Program-made: the position numbers and the translations under genes | The notes under the pieces: model-generated | Told to the model about the DNA's origin: nothing | The model's database searches: none | The model's input: the letters and a program-made list of their open reading frames with translations, nothing else | Shown: in pieces, positions 33,582 to 45,300 of the stretch | How positions within the stretch are numbered: the stretch's first letter is position 1 | Layout of the letters: each line of letters opens with the position of its first letter | Assembly: GCA_963711735.1 (NCBI GenBank) | Contig: CAVQFA010000001.1 | Span: 1-47,606, forward strand | DNA: 47,606 nt | Direction of reading: 5' to 3' | Source of the DNA: Candidatus Gottesmanbacteria bacterium | Lineage (GTDB): Bacteria; Patescibacteriota; Microgenomatia; UBA10105; UBA927

Positions 33582-36146
33582 ATGAAATTTGGTATCAGAC
33601 ATATCGAAAAAATAATAGCTATCGGTATTTTATTGTATGCGACGTGGTTTAACATGGATTTATACCGCCTTGAACCGTTGTCGAAAGTGGATCCTAATGA
33701 CAATACGTTTCAGTATGCGCTCGTTGACCGGGCAAACACCGTTTGGGATTTCGCATCACGTCAGTGCGCGAAACAGGTCCTCATCGCAAGACCTCTCTGC
33801 CACATATCATACATGGTCGACCATTGGGTACCGAACTGGGCGCAGGGGTATAACCTTCCCTACTATTACTCCCATATCCCGCAGATAGTCATCGTCGGTT
33901 CATACCGGATATTGCATGCTCTCGGGTTACACCTCACGTTATTCCAGTACTATCACTGGGTTATTTATTTTCTCTTATGTCTGTTTCCTTTATCCGTTTT
34001 TATAGCAATCCGAGTTATCCGCGCGCCGTGGATTATTGCAGGTGCCGGAGCAATTCTTGCAGCACATATATCTACAGACGGGCTTTACGGACTCGACCCT
34101 CCCTCGTTTCTGTGGCGCGGATGGGGTCTTTCGAGCCAGCTGTTTGCCATGATCTGGATGCCGCCTGCAATAGCATACGCATGGAGATATATAACTTCCA
34201 ATATTGTTACATCAACCGGCGGTTTAGGTGTTCAAATTCTTGAAGAGTTAAAGATTTGTTTACCGTTTTTACGGAATTTTAAACGTTCAGAGGATGCGGA
34301 CGCAGCGAAAAACGGAAATAATCATATTGATTCCGTGCAAACGCGTGATTTTTATCTGGCGGTTATCTTTACGATTGCCGCAACGATGGGTCATTTGGGA
34401 TTCGGTATCATGACGCTTCTTTCTATCGGTGCAATTGCTCTTGCGCCTGCCGTCTCTATGGCATTATCCCAGGAACATTTAACGGACATCTGGAATGTCT
34501 TTCTTCTGTCCATGATCCGTCTTGCCTGTATCGGTGTTACAGTTGTATTTTTCCTCTCCTACTGGATAATCCCTGTACTTCTTGGAAACAACTACCACAA
34601 CATATCCTACTGGGATCCTGTTTGGAAATTCGACTCCTACGGCTGGAAGGAAGTCGTCATAAAATTCTTAAACGGTGAACTGTTTGACTTTAACCGCTTC
34701 CCTGTTATGACACTGCTTATCCTTTTTGGGTTTTTTACCGCACCGTTTATAACCCTGATAAACGGCGTACGGTCTCATGTCAACGGAAAAAATAGTAAAA
34801 ATACTCCGGATACAACCGGTTCGTCAACCGTCCGTCAGTCTCCATACTTCGCATTTTCCTTCCTGTTTGCTTTCTGGATGCTCCTTTATTTCGGACGCAC
34901 CACATGGAAAGGTCTTGTTGATCTCATTCCCGGCATGACGGAATTCCATTTGTCCAGGTTTCTCGTCGGTGTGCATGTTGCCGGACTCATCCTCATGCCT
35001 ATCGGCATCTGGTATGTATCGGAATGGGTTATAACATACCTGAGTATCCGTTTTACATCTCTTAAAAAATTAGGAGACGGTAACGCGCGCAGAATTGCCC
35101 TTATTGCGTTTACCGCATCCGTACTCCTTATCATTACTCCACCCATTTACAGACAAACCGTATATTACAACGAATTGAATAATCGTTTAATCCTACAGGG
35201 AAATGACAATTATAATAAACAGGCTCCTGATATTGATAAGCTCGTCACCCGTTTAAAGTCACTCCCGCCCGCACGGGTGTTTGTCGGACGGGGCGGCGGA
35301 TGGGGTAAAAATTTCCGGATAGCGGAAACCGAGATGTTCATGTATATATCAACATACGGACTCAATACAGCTCTCTGGCTCCCGGAAACATGGTCCCCGA
35401 ACTCCGATACGGAACAGTATTTCTCCGAAGATCTTGCGAAAGATTATGATTTGTTTAATCTACACTATGTGGCAAGCCCGCCTGATGTCACTCCGCAACC
35501 GTTCTGGGAGGAAAAAGAACGCTCAGCAAGCTGGGTTCTCTATGAAGTTCCGACGAGCGGATACTTTGTGCCGGCAACACGCACCATGCGGATCGTCTCT
35601 GATAAAACGAACCTCATAAATATCGTCCGCAGATGGATCCAGTCAGATCTCACCAAACTTCGTCTCTTCCCGGAAATACGCTTCTCCCAGCCTGATCCGA
35701 TAGAAAAGTACCGCGTTCCGACTATCACGATGACGGATGAAGTGACATATTTAACTGCGTCGCATGAAAGACAGAATATCTGGGAGATAAACCCGCTCTA
35801 TGGCGGGGATGCACCGAAAGTGACTCTTTTGGGTCCTGAGAAAGTAGATGCGGACCAGATATTTACGACAACTGTCAAAGTGGATGAAGGCTGCAAGGAG
35901 TGTTTTCTTGTTCTTAAACAGTCTTTTCATCCCAACTGGAAGGCAACTGTTAACGGAATTAGCGTGAAACCGATCATTATGTTTCCTTTTTTCATCGGCA
36001 TACCGCTTGAACACCCCGGGGTTGCGGAGGTAACCGTCTGGTACCAACCGATGACCGCAAAAACCATCCTCATCGTCATAGCTCTCCTTACTGCTCTTGC
36101 CATACCCGTTACACCACATATTCTTCGCGCTCTCCGCAAAAAGTAA
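33582..36146 (+). CDS. YfhO-like polytopic membrane protein, paralogue of 11035-13599.
   Basis: 854-codon ORF starting MKFGIRHIEK, with the same C-terminal FHPNWKATVNG..VWYQP and terminal TM. Confidence 0.8.
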   Translation: MKFGIRHIEKIIAIGILLYATWFNMDLYRLEPLSKVDPNDNTFQYALVDRANTVWDFASRQCAKQVLIARPLCHISYMVDHWVPNWAQGYNLPYYYSHIPQIVIVGSYRILHALGLHLTLFQYYHWVIYFLLCLFPLSVFIAIRVIRAPWIIAGAGAILAAHISTDGLYGLDPPSFLWRGWGLSSQLFAMIWMPPAIAYAWRYITSNIVTSTGGLGVQILEELKICLPFLRNFKRSEDADAAKNGNNHIDSVQTRDFYLAVIFTIAATMGHLGFGIMTLLSIGAIALAPAVSMALSQEHLTDIWNVFLLSMIRLACIGVTVVFFLSYWIIPVLLGNNYHNISYWDPVWKFDSYGWKEVVIKFLNGELFDFNRFPVMTLLILFGFFTAPFITLINGVRSHVNGKNSKNTPDTTGSSTVRQSPYFAFSFLFAFWMLLYFGRTTWKGLVDLIPGMTEFHLSRFLVGVHVAGLILMPIGIWYVSEWVITYLSIRFTSLKKLGDGNARRIALIAFTASVLLIITPPIYRQTVYYNELNNRLILQGNDNYNKQAPDIDKLVTRLKSLPPARVFVGRGGGWGKNFRIAETEMFMYISTYGLNTALWLPETWSPNSDTEQYFSEDLAKDYDLFNLHYVASPPDVTPQPFWEEKERSASWVLYEVPTSGYFVPATRTMRIVSDKTNLINIVRRWIQSDLTKLRLFPEIRFSQPDPIEKYRVPTITMTDEVTYLTASHERQNIWEINPLYGGDAPKVTLLGPEKVDADQIFTTTVKVDEGCKECFLVLKQSFHPNWKATVNGISVKPIIMFPFFIGIPLEHPGVAEVTVWYQPMTAKTILIVIALLTALAIPVTPHILRALRKK

Positions 36147-36362
36147 ACTCGTTTCGGGGTTTAATAGTACAATAATTCTTTATAATCCTCTTTCAATATT
36201 AAATTATTGTCATAAAGGCGTACTGTCGCGAATAAAACATTATTCCGCTCTGCAAAAAAACAAGTGGTATTTCCCGAGGATTTTTTATACTCAGTAATGT
36301 AATTTTAGTCGGATATAATGATATTTTTTTTTCTAATATAAATATACCTTTGGGAGATAATC

Positions 36363-39300
36363 TTATATATATATTAAAGATAAGTGAGACGTGTTTACCG
36401 GCTGTTCCTGAGTATACGTATCAGATACAATCGGCACTGAAGGATCGTAAGTCGTTGCTTCATCCGCAAATATGTGAGTTCTTTCAGGGAAAAAAGGTTC
36501 AACTTCGATGAAACGTGTAGATATTCGGGTTTGTATTTTATCTAAGGTTTGTGTTTTACTTTCATTACCGATATACCGTTTCAGAATTTCCAACAGGTCA
36601 AGGCGAAATCCCGGCTGCCTATCCGGCTCGATAAATCCTATACCGTTCCCCGTATCAATACTGATCTTCCTTAAACTCACTATCTCCTTGGGTCGTGCTC
36701 CTATTGCCCGCAGATGGATAATCCCCTTTTTATCATAGGGATTGAAATACTGGAGATAGTGCGGAATAAAACTCAATGGTGTTTCTTTGTTCGCAAGTGT
36801 TGTATAGATTTTCTGCATCTGTCTTAAAAATACCACCGGTGCTAACTCCTCAAACGCTTTGTCAAAAACCAGGGAATCGGATTCGGCAAGCGACATCCGC
36901 ACATACGCGGAACCTACGATCATTGAATATTCTTTCTCGCTCATTGACGACAGGTATACATCGTTAATTCTTTGTAGTGCATCCGTAACGGACGCGGCAT
37001 CTTTTTCGTCAAATATGTCACCTGGTAATGCTATATAGATTTCAGAGTTGCGGACATATGTAAATAATTGAAGAAAATCACCGTCCTTACCGATAAATTT
37101 CTGTCGGATATGAGGCGGTATTGCTGAGAGTATCCGCTTAAAAAAATGCTGCTTAAATATATTTCCTGCTGCATATGACGTGTAATTTTCGCTTTTCATA
37201 ATTATCGGAATATCGGCTTTCACGAGGTACACAGTACCATTACCGTTTTTATTTCTGACATTAGCCTCAAAATTTTTTCTGTCCCTGTATACTGCTACAG
37301 GCAGAAATCCGGTAGTCTCGTCGTTGTTAGGAAGGAGAGTTTCAAGCATTGCGGGTAATAGCACAGGATCGTAATAAAGATCCTCAAAAAGGCTGATGTA
37401 CTTTGCACGATCCTCATCGTTATACTGGTCTAGGATTGTAACGTCGAGATATTCTGCAAGCGCAGGTTGGACTTTTTTCAGAAATGTTATCCTGTCATCT
37501 AGTGTTAATTGACTATTGGCGATTATGGTCTGTACGTTTAAAAACTCAAGTGGGTTGGCTATATCAAAATGTATTTTTGCAGGACGTATTTCGACACGTT
37601 CTTTTCCTTCCGCGTCAATGCTGAAATAAGGTAATTTGATTGCTTCCACGCTGTCAGTCATACTGCCAACAAGTTCATTCAGTAATGCGTCAGTTAGCAC
37701 CGTCTCGTTGTCTACGGAAAATGTGAGTGCTATAAGCCCCTCATCTCCTGTCGTATGATGCAGTTCAATCGGATACTTCGGGTGCTTTGCATTGAAAGCA
37801 TCAACCGCATTCTGTATGGCACCAAATACGGCATGAAGACCGTAGTCGCCCATAAGGTTGGGAATTACGGTCTTTACACCGTTTAAACCGGATAAGTACT
37901 GCATATCAAAACGGAGAGCAACGGATATAGTTTTCTGTGCCCGTTTGATGATGTACCTTCCCGGACCAAAAACAAGCCTGCTTCGTGAATACTTGCTGTA
38001 TAATCCGTTGAGAAAATCCTGAACTTGCGAGCGTGATAATTTATTGCCGGTAAATTGATCGTACATCCCGATATCGGCGTCTCTCCCGTCAAACGCAGGA
38101 AGGACTTTGACCATAATACCGTTATACTGCTGTTGTCCAAGCTCCATAAGGAGACTGCGTTTCAGCTCTTCAGGTCCTTTGAGAACCAGGTTTTCATCTA
38201 AAAGCACTTTCTCTGTCTCCTGAATGATTGTGTCAATCGAAGGCATCTCAGGGAGTGTGAGATTCTGCACTTCATCCTCAGCAGGCGCCGGCGGTTCGGT
38301 TGAACCGTCAGAGTTAAGGCGCCCCGGCGTTTCCCGTGAGCCGGCCGGCACCTGCAGGAGTGTCTCTACTGCTATGTTGTTTCGTATCTGTCCGAGTCCC
38401 GCTTCGAAAAATCCGGTAATCATGTTTATAATTCGGATAAATAGATTCTGTTGAGGTTGAGCTGGTGAAACGGCATTAACCGGTGTAATTTTATATATAC
38501 TGAGAAAATTCAGGATATCAAAAACCAGTGCGTTTGATTTTTCGATATTTACGAGCTGTTCCTCAATGGATACTTCCCCTCTTCTCACCCCGTCATTAAC
38601 GGCTTTTATTTCCTGTGCCCGCTTCTCAAATTCTTCAGGGAAAGGAACTTTCAGTGTAACCCTTAGTATCTCAAATGCTGAAATAAAGGTGTCTTTGGGA
38701 GTAGGACGAAGTTTGTTGGAGTTGTAAAACTCAAAATATTGGGTTTCCAGTGTGCCGGTCGTGTCTATGCTTCTCAGCTCTCCGACAACCGCATCTTCCC
38801 ATTGTTTCCTTTCCGCTTGGGTGGAAAAGGTATCTTCTATGATAAATCCCAATAGGTACTGGATAAACGGACGCACAATCATCTCGATATTATTTACACT
38901 CTTATTGTTTCGTACTATCGATTTCTCAAGCGCACGTACATCTTTTTCACTTATGTTCTGCTCTGCGGTGGTTCGGATTCTTTGCCCGCTTAACGTAAGA
39001 ATTTTCCGGAAGAAAACCATTCTGTCAGCTTCTTTTGTAATATCCAAACCTTCTTTTGCTTGTTGCATGGTATTGCGGACATTTGATACAACCTCTGCTG
39101 TAGGTTGATTAGCGGTAGATTGGGATAACGGTGGAAGTATTTCCTTTACATATTGCGTTCCCGTCGTGATCGTCTGGTACCCATGAGATTCTGCATATTT
39201 TGACGTAAATCCACCGGTAGAATTCCCGTCAAGTATAAGCCGTAACATGCGTATATCAGAAGGATACATATCCGGGTATTTGCGCGTTTCGGCAAGAAGT

Positions 39301-42300
39301 TGACTTGCAAGCGTTTCGGAATACTCCATGAGCGCCGTTGCTATTCCTTGTTCCCTATATGCATCAACCCGGACATCTGCTGATACAAAAATGACTGTAT
39401 CTATGTCTGCACCAATCCGGTTGGCTATGTTTTCTACATTCTGATTTCCGCGGGTAAATTCAATATCAATATATCCGATACGTTTATCGTTTGCGTCGTT
39501 TACAGTTACCCGCGTGATGTATCCGTCTTTTTGGTTGATTGTTGTTAATTTTGAAAAAACAGGAAGAGCTCCTTCCAGATTTACCTGGAATGTCCCCTCT
39601 CCGATGGTTAGAGGGACGGAATTTCGGATATTCAAACCGTCATTTGTTTGTTCAAACACAGTTAAATCAGAGGGAATACGTGAAGTAATTTGGGCGGGTA
39701 AATTTTTCGTCTGTTGATTTTGTTGAGACTGTTGTGGACGAAATGCCGGAACTAATCCACTCAATCTATTTCGTACTGCATCAAACAGTACTGGAAGTGT
39801 CCCACGGGTACGGGTGTCCGCCCACCACTTGTAAACAGTTGCGTTTGCCAGGTCCTCAAACCACTGTGCCGGTCCGGAACCGATAAGACCGGATGTTTGA
39901 GATTTCTTCCCGTCTGTTTGTATTTCCTGAGGATTAAAAAATATTGAAGAATTTATCTTCCCGGTTGATCGGATGAAAAATTTTATAAAACCTGATACCT
40001 GATTGGGTATCGGAGTACCTTTCAGCTGTTGCCTCTCTTTAACATAATTAACCCTTATCGTCTCTATGGAACCAGCCAATCGTTGAAGAAGCGGTGTTAC
40101 GGATACAGGCTGTTCTTCAGCAACTGTAGTTTTTTTAAATCCGGTTATAAATTGGCGGACAAGTCTGGATAATCTGTTATTTTTTAACGCTTCATACACA
40201 AATCCGAGTCCCCCGAATCCCGTGAAGAAAGATGTGTCTGTGCGTCTTGAAATATCTCCGGATGTCCTTATAGTTGGTACAAAAACGTATTGTTGGCGGT
40301 TCACAAAATACCGTATCCGTGAACCGGGATTTGCATCCAATCCGTAATGAAATCCAAACCATGCGCTTTGCCCGGCAAATGTCGATCGGCCTGCCTGCGC
40401 TATAGCCGGATAATAGACACCGTCCCTCGTCTCTCCTTCACCGGGAATCACCATTGCAATATGTCCCGGTACTCCGGTAAATCTGGCGGATGCAACGACA
40501 GGTAAACCTTGGTTTGCGAGGTTTTGCGCTTCCTCCGGAGTTATCTCTGTCCATCCGACATCAGCACCCCGTCCTGCAACCCACCCGGATTGCTCCATCC
40601 CCTCACCGCTTAACCAATCCGCTATCCAGTTTGCATTTGTTTTTGATACTTCATAATTTCCTCTATCCGTGTTATACATTGGCGCATATCGGGGTATCTC
40701 TACCCTCAAAGCCTGTGTCACGTCCCAGACAAATACATTACAGTACGTTTGATCAATAATGGTATTTCCGTACGCGTCCGTCGTGGTAATCGGTTGATAC
40801 CGCTCTGACTGGGTTACATTAAAGTACTGTATTGTTGATAAATAATTATCAGCAGTCCTTACATATCCTGTTGCCGGTAATACTGCAGGATCCACAGGCA
40901 ACCACTCGTCATGAGAAGTAAGAACAATACCCCCATCCCTTGATATTTCGTACTGTGCAAACCCGTCGTACGGGCTTGCAACATCCATAGTGTATGCAAT
41001 GGTTGTCGTTGATGATTGGGTTTCAGGTTGTAAAGTCTCTGCGTTTGCCTGTATTGTGGTCCCGGAACCGGGATTTGAAGGACTTATCCCTAACTCCCGG
41101 AGGCGTGCTTCGACTCTCCCGCGGAAATACGTCATGAATTCCGTACCGGGATCCGGTTTGCCTCTGTCTACCGTCTGTCCGCTTTCGTTTACATATGTAT
41201 CACGTTCATTATGCCCGTAAATTTGGTCGACCGGTATATTGTATTGCACCATCGTGCTTATTACCCCGTCTACGGCTAATGCTACCTCTGTCTCCGGTAC
41301 GTTCGTGGTGTCATTTGCGGCAGTAAAATCACTTCCGGCAAGTTCATAATTTATTGCTCCGGGTTGGCCGAACGCGCCGTAAGATTCGGCTACCTGGGTT
41401 TCGTACATCGGAAGAAATTGCACTATACCGTCGGGTCCTACACCAAAATGCGCATTTGTTGATCGCGTCTCTAACACTATATTTCCATCCGGCTGAAGTG
41501 TTTCACGCTCCGCAACACCCGATAAACCGTTATATGTGGTATTTGAATTCCATCCGGACGGATCTCCGCTCTGACCGTCCCAATGTATGATTATCTCTGT
41601 CGGAGTTACCCGGGTACCCTCATTCGGAAGTTCCCTGTATCTCGGAGCAAAAAGGAGTGTGTCACCGGTCTGAGCCGGCTGCATTTGTTCAGGTAAACCG
41701 GTGACATGCTGCACTGATATATTTTCTTCTGCGTTTCCCGCCGGAGGTATAACATCATTCTCCAAATCCTGTTCCTGGACGGCTGGTGGCAGTGTTTGTA
41801 CGATTTCATCTTCCTGTTGGTTTTGGATATCTTCCCCGAATGTATATTCCTCAGGTACTTGTTCAAAATTTCTCTCAAAGAATTCCTCGGGTGTCTCCGT
41901 CGTAAGAACCTGTGCAATCGGAGCAATATCCCGGGGAGGAAGGTTCAGAATTGGTACAAAAAACGTATTGTATGCAAATATTCCGATCGCAAAGAGAGAG
42001 GCTACTCCGGCGCCGCTTAATATCGCCAATGGTTTTGATATACGTTGTCTTCCCTGCTTATTTGTCTCTACAGGTTTTTGTGCTTCTTTAACGGGATATA
42101 ATTCCGCTCTCCAGCTTGTTCTGCCATCACCGTAGGAAAATTCCAATAAATATATCGGGTTTTTGTCATCTGTTTTCACTGCCCGGACATAGAGGTTCGT
42201 CTCATTCTGTCTTGTTTTCGGAAGGGCGCCTTTTGGCACAACCGTACCATCACTTTTCACCATATACCAACCGGTATTTCCGCTCTTGGGTCGGACACCA

Positions 42301-45300
42301 CCGTCTGCAGAAATGCCCTTCACCGTATCAAGAGTGTACTGATTCCCTCCGATTTGAACCGTAACCTTCCCGATTGCAGTTTTAACTATCTGAGGAACAT
42401 CCGATGCTGCAAGGTGTGCAAAATTGAGAATGTCCGTTATAACTCCCGGATTATGTATTGTTCCTGATACGACATTGCCCAGTCGTGTAATTGCCTCATC
42501 GAGTAAATAGAGAGACCAGTCTGTCTCCGGTTTGCGCACGCGTGATGACATGGATGTGCGGTATGACGAAAGGGTCTTTATGTACTCCTGTGCGGAAATC
42601 GTTTGAAGAAGGGCGTTACGGACGTTGGTGAGGAAGCTAGAAGAAAAAATACCACGCTTGGAAACAATGGACGGATCCATAAGCTCTTTTACTCTCCCCC
42701 ACGTATCCCATCCCCGGTTTTCATCCGCTGCTTTTATATGTGCCTGAATGATGGCATCAACAACACCGATTCGTCCCTGCGTTTTATCTCCTGCGATCCA
42801 TGTGTGGATTTCCCTCTGAATTTGTATTGCCTGTGTTGCGGCGTACTCCCGAACTACTCTGCCTGCTTCTGAATCGGATTGTATTTGTATGGAACTCTGG
42901 CTATTTAACTGATTAAGCATAGCCTCTGCAATAATCCGGGTAAATGTATCGGTGAAATCAGCAGAGCTTGCAGGATCGGCACTCTTAAATGACGCAAGCA
43001 TATCGGCGACACCCGCATCCATCCTGAGTGATATGATATTTTGTGTTTGAGTAAAAAGTGTATCCAACTCCTGTGGATTCGGTCCGCGCTGAGGGAGGAC
43101 CTGGTTTTCCTGTGTTTTAGACGGTGAAGAAAGGAATATATGAAGCTGGCCCTGATCTGAAAGGTCTTTTGTGCTGTCCGGCGGGGATTCAACATGAATG
43201 ACAACTCCGTTGCTCGTAATATCAACGCTGATATCACCGATATACGGTGTGTCACCTTTATCCGGTATTTCCTGTGTCCTTGATCCTTCTTTAACCTGAA
43301 TGGGTTTGCCGGTTTTATTCACGAGATGCCACCCGCGGTTTCGTTCATAATACCACTCGATATCTCCAAGCAGCCGTGTATGAACGAGCGTCTTTCCGTA
43401 TCGGTCTGTGCCGGAAGACCCTATGATAACCGGACTTTCGTTTCTCTCCGGATGAGTTTCAAGAGTATACCGGTTACGCGTTCCGCGCGTCCTGTAGGTC
43501 CTTCCCTCACCCATCACGATCCCGCGGGTTGTCGGATAGAGGTTTCGTTCGTTTGTTGTTTCGTATGCAGTTATCTCGGGATTCGGATTAAATCCCGGAG
43601 GGAATGGTGATGTCACTTGTCTTGAAAGAATTCCGTCCAATGTTTCCGGAATTGTCAGAAGATGTATATTCGTACCAATTTCAAATGTCCCCGGTTTATC
43701 CGTATCACTCCGGATGAATGCTCCGCCGTTTAACCTGCGTACGATGCTGAAAATGAAAACCGGATTGGTCCTGAGTGTTTCTTTAAGCGCATCTGCTGTG
43801 GATTTGGGAAGTGCAAATGCCGTGTAATATACGCCTGTTCGTTGTTCTAATTGTCCGTACATCCGAACCGCTACGAGAACATCTCCTCCGGTGTTAATAC
43901 CCATGGTGTTTCTTTCAGCTGAACTGAGGGGTATAAATGAAACCGATGTATGGTCATTTCCCTCTTTATCCATTCCTGTCTTCCCTTCGATGTTTCTTTT
44001 CCCGCCAAGGAATTGATCATTAATTCTTATGTTTCCGCTGAACGTATACCCTCTGTTATTTCTGCTTGTAACCATGTACCCATTGTTCGGAATCTTCTCC
44101 ACCCATGGGTCAGTCTCTGTTTCATTTACCCATAAAACACCTGATTCAGGCGTTCCTTTGTTGGTAGTTGGAATATTTCCGGATACATTTTCACTTCCTT
44201 CCGGTATAACAGGTTTTACATTCGGAGCTTCCGCAGGATATTGAACTGCCTGTCCCAGAAGGTCATCTGTCACGGCATCGATGAGCACCTCCCATTCATC
44301 ATCAGAAAGGAAGATTTCTTCTTTCGTCTTGGTATTGGTAAACGTTATGTTTTCGGTGATTGCAGCATCTACTTTGTCCCGTATGATCTGCCGCACGTCA
44401 GCATCAGTTTTTCCTTCCTGTGCTGCCTTTACCCCCTCAGAGAGAATTGCCGGAAGGAGAGGCTGTATCTGTGTATCAAACTGCTTCCGGATACCACCGC
44501 TTTGAAGAGAGGCTAACCGGATGCCCTCAGAAAACAGCTGATCACCACGCATCATTCTGACGATCTGAGGCGTGATAAACCTGTCATACGACACATAGGA
44601 CAGAAAAGAAGTAAACGCGCCTCCGAACACAGGTGTGGTATTGAGTGTGAAACCTCCCAATATTGTCCCCAGAACCAAGGGTGTCGGAATGATGACCTTT
44701 TTCAATTTTGTCATCCAGTACAGAGTTGCAATTTGACTCTTTGTTGATGTCTGGAGCGTGTCATCACCATGGAATGGTTGTGCTTCTATGACATCTTTTC
44801 CGTTTTGTTTCGTCTGTACGGGGTATGTCAGGACGAGTACTCTGGCCTGCATTCTCTGCACTGTGAGGGGGATATTTTGTTTGCTCCCGATGATAACGGT
44901 ATCTCCCTCAGAGAGGGCTGTGTGTGTAGAGAGAAGCACGGGGTTTGTGGTTCCTGATTTTACGAGGTATACCGGCGCGGTCTTTCCCCGTGCAGGTGCA
45001 ATTCCGACGATGTCACCGGATGCGGCATCGTACGCGACAATGGCATGGACAACATCAAGACCACTCAGATCTACGGTTGATTTGCGTGAATTTCCGACGA
45101 GCTCGTAGCGTAACATGTCTGTGGCAGCTTCATTTGCTGGTTTTTGGACAGGCGTTTTTGCTTCCTCCTCTGTTGCTGCCGGCTTTTGGGAAGCATCATT
45201 GAGTGCGGGACCTGTTAATGATTCTGCCGGACGGGTAATGGTGATGCGGGCCGGCAGACGGTTAATGATTGCCTGTGATATTCCGGCAAGCGGATGGAAC

